Shown in pieces: positions 1 through 8,331 of a stretch of DNA of 9,459 nt (position 1 is its first letter; every line of letters begins with the position of its first letter). The stretch is taken from assembly GCA_018985225.1 (NCBI GenBank), contig JADGIF010000389.1, forward strand, positions 1 through 9,459, read 5' to 3'. The notes below the pieces were generated by a model, which worked only from the letters and a program-made list of their open reading frames with translations, searched no databases and was not told the origin of the DNA. Source of the DNA: Amoeboradix gromovi X-113 (Eukaryota > Fungi > Sanchytriomycota). The translations under genes were made by a program, and so were the position numbers.

Positions 1-481
1 GGTTAAGTTTAAAATAAATTAATTTGTTAAAAAAACCGTGCTTGAGACAAATTGCCATGGTGGTCAGATTAATCCATTGAGCTGCATCGGTGTTGATATG
101 AGATTAATCTAGTGGGACTAATCTTAACTTGCATCTCTACATAAAAATGTTTCAGCATTGCTAAATAGACTTCTTACGACCTGATAATCGTTGATTTATT
201 AACGTCTCAATCCAGGGCTGAGTGGCAGCGGGAAAACTGACATAAACTCGGATCTCTATGAGATCGCGCAAAGTTGTCATGTTCGCAATCGCTTCAATGA
301 CAGCTGAAGCAGTCTTTGAGTATTTCGAAACCTAAAAATCTTTTTGTGTGATGTATGATTTAGTGCTAGCATGATTTTTTGATAAGACTTCAACATTATT
401 GTCTTTGGTACTAAAAGTAGGTTTATTTTTTTCCACCCCTTTCACTCCCTGTCTAGTTTTACTAGAGCATGTCCCATTTGT

Positions 482-1171
482 ATGGGAACTTCCAGTGGTT
501 CAAGTGATGGAAATAACAAATGGGAGTATTTTGAGAATAGCCCTCTTAGAGCAGCCATACCACCAATAGAAATTCTCACACCAAACGATCAAGTGTCAGT
601 ACCAAACCTGGTTCAGAATATATGTGCGCATCGCAACTGGGAATATGAGCCGTTTAAGAAAGACGTGGATTACTTAGACGGTCAGTACATCAGGATATTA
701 GCAGATCTACATGTGCTCAGAAAAAATTCATTTGATAAGCTGGAAATTAAAGTTATATTAAGAGATATTTTGTTCAAAATTAGTCAGATGTCCTTGAAAT
801 ACTTGGTAAAAAAGGTTAAAAGTGTCGATAACAATAATGAAACTAGCCTGATTACTAGCATTGTGGAAAAGGAATTAACACCTGCTGAGATTGCGAAATC
901 ATTGCTTACAGGTAAAAAAGCAAATGCTAGCGTTCAAGTTACCAACATCCAGGTAGCACCTAGTAATTCTGACAGGCTTATAGTTAATGCTAACGGAATC
1001 AATTATGAATGTCAAAGATACTGCCCTCATAAAAATGTGGATATGCTGCATGGGTATGTTGAAGGAAATAACTTAATTTGCCAGAAGCACGGCTGGGCAT
1101 TTAATTTGTCAAATGGTGGCTTGTGTAAAGAAAAGGGTAAGACAGTGCATGCATGTCAATTGCAGTGGTAA
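482..1171 (+). CDS. Rieske [2Fe-2S] ferredoxin-domain protein (229 aa) with an uncharacterised helical N-terminal region
   Basis: Intact ATG-TAA ORF. The C-terminal ~65 aa carry both Rieske ligand boxes, QRYCPH (C-x-H, 1022-1030) and LICQKHGWAF (C-x-x-H, 1079-1090), with normal spacing. AATAAA overlaps the stop. Confidence 0.85.
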   Translation: MGTSSGSSDGNNKWEYFENSPLRAAIPPIEILTPNDQVSVPNLVQNICAHRNWEYEPFKKDVDYLDGQYIRILADLHVLRKNSFDKLEIKVILRDILFKISQMSLKYLVKKVKSVDNNNETSLITSIVEKELTPAEIAKSLLTGKKANASVQVTNIQVAPSNSDRLIVNANGINYECQRYCPHKNVDMLHGYVEGNNLICQKHGWAFNLSNGGLCKEKGKTVHACQLQW

Positions 1172-1195
1172 TAAATAATTATATAACTATTTATT
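1170..1195. terminator. Back-to-back AATAAA poly(A)-like signals in the 30-bp gap between the convergent Rieske and CDK genes
   Basis: AATAAA at 1170-1175 (+) overlaps the TAA stop. TTTATT at 1190-1195 (AATAAA on -) lies 6 nt past the CDK TGA. Confidence 0.55.
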
Positions 1196-1201
1196 TCAAA
1201 A

Positions 1202-2188
1202 TCATAAAGAACTTGTTGCATGGGAAGTCAGTGATCCCAATATTTGAGAGCCGATTTCAGGCAAGAATCTTTGAGCAGCACTGGATGTAGAGTTTGAAGA
1301 CGGGACTGGAATTATGCCTGTGACTACGTCATTAAGAAAAGATGACTGCAATGCAGATTCTGTGGTTAATCTTTGATCCGGTATGTAGTTTAATAACCCG
1401 TACAGTAGGTTAAAGCCATTTTCATCCAGTTGAGGAAAAGACTCGCTCAAGTTTGTGGGTGGGAATATGGGTAAGTCCATTGGGTAGTTTGGAAAATTAG
1501 CTACACCTGGCCATGAGTTACTAGTAGGAGTGCCAAGTGTTTTAAATATGAGTTTGATTTGATCTTTAGGATTGCTGCCAGGAAAGAATGGTAATCCAGT
1601 TAACACTTCAGCAAATATACAGCCTACACTCCATAAATCAATGCTTTGGGTATAATTCTTGTTTCCTAACAGCACATCGGGTGCTCTGTACCATAAAGTA
1701 ACAACTTCATTACTATAAACCCTAACAGGGATACCAAACGCTCTGGCTAATCCAAAATCAGCAATTTTTAAAACTCCACTTTTTGTTATCAGCAAATTCC
1801 CAGGCTTTAAATCCCTATGCATTATTTTGCGAGAGTGACAGTAATCTAATCCTTGTAGCAGTTGAAACAGAAATGACTTCACTGTCGACAATTCAATTTG
1901 ACCTTGAAAGTTATCCAAATATTTCTTTAAATCAGTCTCGGCATATTCAAATACCAGAGTTAGCTTCCTCTCCGTGTAAATAACATCATGCAGTTTAACT
2001 ATGTTTTTGTGCTGCAGTTCTTTTAACAAACTAATTTCTCTAATCGCTGTACATGCTATTCCTTCCTCTTCATTGTCAATTCGTATCCGTTTTAGGGCCA
2101 CAAATTCCCCTGTAGATTTATTTTGCGCCTTGAACACTATACCTATGGCACCGGATCCCAATTTTTCCATTTTTAAATATTGATTCAT
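1202..2188 (-). CDS. CDK5: Cyclin-dependent kinase, CDK5/Pho85 (PCTAIRE-like) subfamily, 328 aa from the conserved Met
   Basis: VALKRIR, EGIACTAIREISLLKEL (PSTAIRE-helix variant), HRDLKP, DFGLARAFGIPVR.YSNEVVTLWYRAPDVLLG. Ser at the T-loop site, the APD motif and LTLVFE are typical of CDK5/Pho85. Start placed at MNQYLKMEKLG (ATG 2188), where CDKs normally begin; an upstream in-frame ATG exists at 2347. Confidence 0.9.
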   Translation of the reverse strand: MNQYLKMEKLGSGAIGIVFKAQNKSTGEFVALKRIRIDNEEEGIACTAIREISLLKELQHKNIVKLHDVIYTERKLTLVFEYAETDLKKYLDNFQGQIELSTVKSFLFQLLQGLDYCHSRKIMHRDLKPGNLLITKSGVLKIADFGLARAFGIPVRVYSNEVVTLWYRAPDVLLGNKNYTQSIDLWSVGCIFAEVLTGLPFFPGSNPKDQIKLIFKTLGTPTSNSWPGVANFPNYPMDLPIFPPTNLSESFPQLDENGFNLLYGLLNYIPDQRLTTESALQSSFLNDVVTGIIPVPSSNSTSSAAQRFLPEIGSQILGSLTSHATSSL

Positions 2189-2859
2189 CGCAATACCTCT
2201 CCCTGTTTTGGATAAATAGTAGGCAAAAGCTACCAAAACTAAGACGCACAATTTCGGATAGCTTTTCGAATGATGCACACAATTTGTATACGGATGAAAA
2301 ATGGTGTAAAAATCATATTGTGAAATCTTGAAAATTCTGGACAACATTAAATAACATTGTTCAAAGGTAGAGCTACTCAAGATTAGATGCTCCGCAATTG
2401 ATAACCTATTCTTTGTGTGTTAGCACCTTTTTACCAATACCGCTTCTTGAAACTTTAGTCACTCAACATTCCTCAGAAAACTTCTCACGAAGTAGCATAA
2501 AATGATGCACGTTATTTTTTAATGTACTAGGTTTTAACTGTAAAACGGCATAACTGTGGACGTTTGTAGATTTTTATCTAGTTTCCCCATACTACTTTTA
2601 TTGAGAATTGTCATACATGGGCATTCCATAGCGTTAAGGAGCTCACACTTCTTCATAATCTCTTCAATAAAGATCCTCTTAGTTTTCTGTGTCTTTTAGT
2701 TGCGTCATACTGTACAGTATTGATGAGTCTCAAGAATAACAATTGTTTGCCAACTATCTATTTTGAGCTGAAGCTTTTTGTCGTAAACGAAGTGCTTTTG
2801 TTTGCCTAAAATGCAATCTATAAAATGGTCTTTAATTCTCTAACATTCTGAGCAATACA

Positions 2860-2889
2860 ATTAAACTTTTATATAATATTTTATAAACA
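2860..2889 (+). promoter_or_regulatory. AT-rich TATA/initiator-like tract immediately upstream of the NBAS-like ATG
   Basis: TATATAA at 2870-2876 and TATAAA at 2882-2887 sit within an almost pure A/T run that ends at the ATG. Confidence 0.3.
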
Positions 2890-5800
2890 ATGTCAGAAAC
2901 AAATCAGCACTACTTAGAAGTCGATAAATCTTTTCAATTTGCAATATCTAATGCCAATCAATATAAACTGAGACAGGATTTTGAGAACGATAAATTGACA
3001 AGTTTTTGGAAAACATTCAATCGTTTTACGTTTTCAAGTATTAATTCTTTTTATATCCCGAGAACGCCTTTTCCAATGGTCAGCACTAATGATTTTCTAG
3101 TTATTGCCAGTGTAGAAGAACTTATAATCAAAGCGATGAAGCGTCAGAAATGGTACACTTTACATTTGATTCCAATCGACATCGATCCGTTCCCTCAATT
3201 TGCTCAAATAATTATTCACGATGACAAAATATTCTATTTTAACAGCCTTGGACTATTAAAAGTGATATCATTGGTAAATGGTAACCTCATCTATCAAATT
3301 AACTTGTTGTCCACATTAATCAAGAAACAACTGGTAACTCAGTATTCGAAATTCTCCAACATTGTATGCTCTGTCCATTGTATTATTTCCAATGATCAAC
3401 TATACATTGTTACTCTATCTGGTCACATTATCTGGATAACGATTAAATATGATCTGCCTCTCTTGCAAGGCATTTATACAATCAACTACTTAGCGCTTAC
3501 GTTCAGTATTGCCCCTAATTCTAGCAATTTAAAATTACTTGTTGCTGATTCCATTTATAAGCTTCATTCTGCTACAATCATTGATGTAGATCTCAAAAAG
3601 CTAAACGATCTTCCATATTTAAAGGATGTAGTGTGCTTTAAGATACCTACTATTTCTGTATCCTCATTAATATTCAATAATGACTTTATTATTAACAACG
3701 TTATTTATTCTTCGGATAAGATTCAGCTAAATTACAATTTATCCACCACTATCCAGGATGAGCTCTACTTTTACGATGTCAATAAATCCCTTGTTCTATT
3801 AAACAAGGAATACGCGATTATTCCTTTCATTTGCAACGAGTCTCTGCAACATTCTAAGATCATATCTAATTCTATTGCTTATACTTGGCAATCCAGCAGT
3901 TCCAAACTAATTAAACCTAACAAACATTCAACGTGGTTTGTTAAACTTTACTCCTTGGTGTTCTCAATCTTCAACTATTTATCTTCCATCATTCTATGGC
4001 AATTTGAGCCCTCGATATCGACTATCTCTAATTTTGACTTCACAATATATAGTCTACACTCCTCTACCCTAATGCAAATGTACCGATCTATGCTGTCTTC
4101 TTTGAATTACAGTAAAGCCCTTAAATTATGCAAAGAATTGGATATTGAACCGGCGGAAGTATACAAGGTGCAGTGGTCCAATACTCCTATTACAGCGTCT
4201 ACTATTTCTATATTGAATTTGATTAGCGACCTCGAATGGGTTTTAAAATCTTGTGCAGAGCGAGTTCCTAACAATTTGCAAGATTGCATTTTACTAAATG
4301 AGTATGGATTGAGGCTTTTAGATGACAACGCAGGTAGGAACATCGATGATGCCAAGTATCGTAACATATTCAGTGATGCTCTAAGACGTCTGCAATATCT
4401 CAAGTCCATCATGCCTCAAATACCCTTATCAAGCATCACTGACCCAATAAACCAAATTGACTCTAGTAGCGAATTCGCTCTGTATTTCAGTATATTCAGA
4501 TCCTATGACATTATTGAATTAATGCAATATATGTTGAATACTATGCAAATAAAGGCATATAATAAAGCTGTAAGCAGTTTTGATTTGTCTTTTACTCGGC
4601 AAGACGCGTTATCCTTGCTTCCGATTAATTGCGATGTCTCTGGTGATATCTCTGTTTCTGATAATACCATCCAGTCGCAAATCACACAAAACGGCTTTTA
4701 TGGAAAACTTGACCAAGAGCTTTTGGACTTTTATTTATCCACAGTAAGTGCTGTAGAGCTGGATTATTTAAATTACAGCAACATACAATTGTTATCTAGA
4801 GCGATTAGCCACTCATGCCACAAGTCATTTATTGTTGACATTTTAAATGAAGTCGATGCTGTTTTAGTAGTCGAGAATAGTGCGTTCAATCCTGATTTAA
4901 TTTTGGTAATAAACCAGAACTCAACAGCGTCACTAGATCCAGGCGTGGTGTATGACGCAATGAGTGCCTTGGGTGACGTTAATGAGTTGCTAAATTATGA
5001 CCAGTTCCGACTGCAACAAGTATTTCATCAGTATTCAAGCAGCTTGGAATTGTGTGTTATAGAATTAATCCTGCACATCATCAGCCATATAGGCAACATA
5101 AGCAGCATGAAATTTCATCATAATGCAGGAAGAATGATCAGAGAGTTAATTCAAAGCATCGTTAGTGCGGACTACTTTAATGTGAATAGAAAACTGGAAA
5201 GCGTGTTCTTGCTGGACCTTTATAGTAGAATAGACATGGTTATTTCCAGTTTTGCAGCTACGACTGCCAGTGCCACGGTTGGTGCTAAAGCCAAAGCCGC
5301 AAATGTGGCAAATGTATGTTCTGCACTGTACTCATTAAAATTGTACTGCATGTCCAGCAGCATTCCACTATTCTGCATATGCTTTAATGCAGACTATTTT
5401 AAATATTTAAAAGGGAGCTACTACACTGAAAGTGAAGGCATGCTGATGGGCCACACGATAAAGCATGTAATAGCTTTACATAATAATCCTGAATACTTGA
5501 CAAATTTGAGCAGACTCTGTAAAATGATTAACACTGCGAGTAGCATATTTGTGGAATACGTTATAGAGTGCACAAAAAAGGGCATCCCATATAAACAGGG
5601 AATGCAGATGCTGCAGATGGATACCAATGAGCTGGATGAACTACCCAGCGAGCTAGTGAGTATAATTTACAAAATAAACAAAATCAGCAAGCCTGTTACT
5701 CTCGCAAAGACTCCTGATATTTTGGACTTTAATGGACTGGAGCCAGTAGAAGATTATGTAAATGATTGCAGTAATCGCATACTATCATGCAGCAACGATT

Positions 5801-6603
5801 GCAGAGAGTACTTGAATTCGACTGCCGATATAAACAGCAAAGTGCTTGCTAGGGAATTCAAGGACATAAACATACTGCAGCATCATTTGGAGCAGTGCAT
5901 GACCTTTGATAAAATAGAGAATATGAGGTACTTCAAAGACTTGCTACGTAAATACAGTGCAAGTGAAATAATGAGATACGTGAACATACACATGATAGAT
6001 AGAAAAAAAGAGATCCTGGAATTGTTTACTCTGATGATGTTGCGAAATTTGGATTGGGACTATGTGAATATTAAACCCACTAGTCTAAAGGGATACATAG
6101 AGGCTGTAAATTTGATAATACGAAACGGCATACCCTCGATGATCGAAAAAGTGATAGATGCATGCATGGAAAGTGATTATGGGGATTATGCTGAATGTTA
6201 TATTATACTAGTATTAACCATGAATGGATACGAAGTTAATGCAAAAACCGATAAGCAGAGCGATATACTTAAGGGAATAAACAATGAGATAGAATTAGAG
6301 GGCTGGGTGGGAAAGATGTTGAAACTAAATAGAGAATTCAGTAAGGAGAGCTGTGAAGAATTGTTTGAAGTGTTATACATGCTGGATATAGAAATACCAA
6401 TGGGAGTAGCCAGTAGATATATACACGAGTTTAAAGAGGATTGCTATTATTTTGGGTTACTTTCCAGATATTCACTATTAAATAAGCGATACCGTTTTCC
6501 AGATGCTACTGATAGCATACTAAAAGAGTTGGTGAGGATGCTGATCGGATTAATAAACCCAGATTTAATTGATGAAACTGACACTATTCAGGATCCACAC
6601 TGA
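2890..6603 (+). CDS. NBAS: NBAS/Sec39-like subunit of the NRZ/Dsl1 Golgi-to-ER tethering complex (1237 aa, divergent)
   Basis: Uninterrupted 3.7 kb ORF. The segment YSKALKLCKELDIEPAEVYKVQWSNTPITASTISILNLISDLEWVLKSCAERVPNNLQDCILLNEYGL (~4108-4310) matches the block I recall from NBAS and plant MIP2 (Y.EAL.LA..Y.LD.D.VYQ.QW...WVL.EC.ERVP......ELL.YGL). A beta-strand-like N-terminus followed by helical sequence fits a propeller plus solenoid. Recognised from memory, not by search. Confidence 0.72.
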   Translation: MSETNQHYLEVDKSFQFAISNANQYKLRQDFENDKLTSFWKTFNRFTFSSINSFYIPRTPFPMVSTNDFLVIASVEELIIKAMKRQKWYTLHLIPIDIDPFPQFAQIIIHDDKIFYFNSLGLLKVISLVNGNLIYQINLLSTLIKKQLVTQYSKFSNIVCSVHCIISNDQLYIVTLSGHIIWITIKYDLPLLQGIYTINYLALTFSIAPNSSNLKLLVADSIYKLHSATIIDVDLKKLNDLPYLKDVVCFKIPTISVSSLIFNNDFIINNVIYSSDKIQLNYNLSTTIQDELYFYDVNKSLVLLNKEYAIIPFICNESLQHSKIISNSIAYTWQSSSSKLIKPNKHSTWFVKLYSLVFSIFNYLSSIILWQFEPSISTISNFDFTIYSLHSSTLMQMYRSMLSSLNYSKALKLCKELDIEPAEVYKVQWSNTPITASTISILNLISDLEWVLKSCAERVPNNLQDCILLNEYGLRLLDDNAGRNIDDAKYRNIFSDALRRLQYLKSIMPQIPLSSITDPINQIDSSSEFALYFSIFRSYDIIELMQYMLNTMQIKAYNKAVSSFDLSFTRQDALSLLPINCDVSGDISVSDNTIQSQITQNGFYGKLDQELLDFYLSTVSAVELDYLNYSNIQLLSRAISHSCHKSFIVDILNEVDAVLVVENSAFNPDLILVINQNSTASLDPGVVYDAMSALGDVNELLNYDQFRLQQVFHQYSSSLELCVIELILHIISHIGNISSMKFHHNAGRMIRELIQSIVSADYFNVNRKLESVFLLDLYSRIDMVISSFAATTASATVGAKAKAANVANVCSALYSLKLYCMSSSIPLFCICFNADYFKYLKGSYYTESEGMLMGHTIKHVIALHNNPEYLTNLSRLCKMINTASSIFVEYVIECTKKGIPYKQGMQMLQMDTNELDELPSELVSIIYKINKISKPVTLAKTPDILDFNGLEPVEDYVNDCSNRILSCSNDCREYLNSTADINSKVLAREFKDINILQHHLEQCMTFDKIENMRYFKDLLRKYSASEIMRYVNIHMIDRKKEILELFTLMMLRNLDWDYVNIKPTSLKGYIEAVNLIIRNGIPSMIEKVIDACMESDYGDYAECYIILVLTMNGYEVNAKTDKQSDILKGINNEIELEGWVGKMLKLNREFSKESCEELFEVLYMLDIEIPMGVASRYIHEFKEDCYYFGLLSRYSLLNKRYRFPDATDSILKELVRMLIGLINPDLIDETDTIQDPH

Positions 6604-6653
6604 GACTTGTTCCCGCAGGACATTTTATCAGCCATTGAAGAGGTATTGCCAAT

Positions 6654-8331
6654 TTACCTTGTTTCTATGTAAATAAACCCATCTCTAACATTCCATTTAG
6701 TATTTTCTTTTTGACACAATAACAAATGTGAAATTAACTCAGCATCACATGCTGATAAATACAAGTTTCAATACACTGTGCTGCAATTCATTATAGTGAA
6801 CCCTTTCTCTCGCAACTGAATTGCCATGAATTTAAGTTGAATATCACATTATTAAAGATGGTCTGACTTGCAGGTGATTGAAAATGAAACCTCTTTGTAA
6901 AATTTTAGATTATTTATTCAACCATTTTGTTACTGGTTTCATTTTACCACAAACAACTGGGTTTGAATCTTCCCGTATTTTAATGTATCCAGCATCATGT
7001 AATTCCAATATTCTTCACATGTCTTTAATTGCGTTAAATATACTGGTTCAGAATGGTTTTCTAAGCCACATCCTATGCATAGTTTTAACCGATAAGAGAA
7101 TGCTTTTAAAATAGCTATCATTTTATCAAATGATTTTTTGCTGTCATTAATGTTTTTAGACGCAAATTGGTCCATCTCGCATAATTTGCATAACAGGTGC
7201 TGCCTTTTTTCCAAACAAAGAGTAGTTTGACTGTTTTACAATATAGTCATACTTCTTACCATCAAGCTCTCCTTCAATTCTGATTTGCACAGTACATTTG
7301 ATCTCACTCCGCATGTGCTCTGCAAAACCATGCACAGATTCATATTCTTCAAATATCACAATGCATATTATTCCGTTTAATTTTAAGGATCTGTGCATGG
7401 CATAGCAACACTCCTTTGTATAACAATCACCCAGGCCTGATCGAAAGGCCAAACCAGCTGAAGAAGTGTCTGTAAATTTGGGGCTATTGGTTTTAATAGC
7501 GTGTGTAGTAAAAACGCAGGCATTTTTTGGTGTTGCTTTAGATAACGAATGATCTTTATGAATGTTGCAGCACAGAACAAGTCATAGCAAATTCAAACAT
7601 TGCAAAGAGTTGCTATTTATTGGTACACACGAGTCTAATGTTTTCTGGACAAAGGTACCCATTTGCAAATGACAATCCTTAAACACATCTAATTCTCAAT
7701 CATCTGTGAATATTTCGCAAATAGTTGAAATAATTTCTACTGTTCTTCCTATTATATTCAAAAAGGATCTAAATTTTCTTTTTTGTATCTGGGGTCACTC
7801 TAGTCCTTAAACATCATCAAGGCTATAAGATCAGAATCAAACTTGACAAGAAATGAATAATCGTACTTTGGACATAATTTATAGTTGGAATCAGTTTGTA
7901 TCTAAATATCCTCTCAGCATATATCGATGATCGTTTGGAATGTCCAGAGACAATTTCTTATCGCGAAGACTCAAATTAAACTCATCTAGTACATCATCCA
8001 TTACGCTACAAACAGTGTCCATTGTAATATATGTCTGTATATCGAAAGTGCCCATCGTTTCGTATCCATACAAAGCGAACGTAGTATCTAGAACCACATG
8101 CCGCTTAAAAGGTACATGCGCCTGTACCCAATGACAAGTGTCTCACAAAACACTCTGGTGATACTTTGGATAACTGGCAACAAGTGATGACACTATCTGC
8201 AGTTTGATCTTTAAGAGGATAGATGAAACATTTAATTCAATGTCGTCATCCTTGTTGAAACTTCAAGGGTATGTGGTCGAAGCAAGCACAGATAAGCAGG
8301 AGAACTTTGAAGATACAGCGAAATAAATTAT
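6654..8331 (-). pseudogene. Probable decayed coding sequence of unknown family
   Basis: One minus frame runs 8331 to 7159 (391 codons) with only 10 stops. Six of them cluster in 7893-7795, where the adjacent frame is nearly open. A 141-codon open stretch spans 7581-7159, and the sequence continues in the next frame from ~7214 to 6654. No recognisable domain. Confidence 0.35.
6672..6677 (+). terminator. Putative poly(A) signal of the NBAS-like gene
   Basis: First AATAAA downstream of the ORF; it overlaps an in-frame TAA at 6670-6672. Confidence 0.4.

Noticed and set aside
177-240. TPP-riboswitch-like words (GACCTGAT, CTGAG, CAGCG.GGAA)
   Set aside because: The elements are in the wrong order and spacing, and the P1-P5 stems cannot be built.
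235-283. Imperfect hairpin centred on GATCTC-tat-GAGATC (251-265)
   Set aside because: Only a 6-bp perfect core, and no snRNA, snoRNA, tRNA or SECIS signature.
1783-2183. Two short plus-strand ORFs
   Set aside because: Antisense to the conserved CDK domain.
2420-2700. Short protein-like minus-strand fragments between the divergent CDK and NBAS genes
   Set aside because: Under 55 codons, with no motif; indistinguishable from promoter sequence.
4107-6380. Four short minus-strand ORFs
   Set aside because: Antisense shadows inside the NBAS-like CDS.
7503-7510. GTGTAGTA, the U2 snRNA branch-recognition word
   Set aside because: The flanking conserved U2 5' sequence and Sm site are absent.
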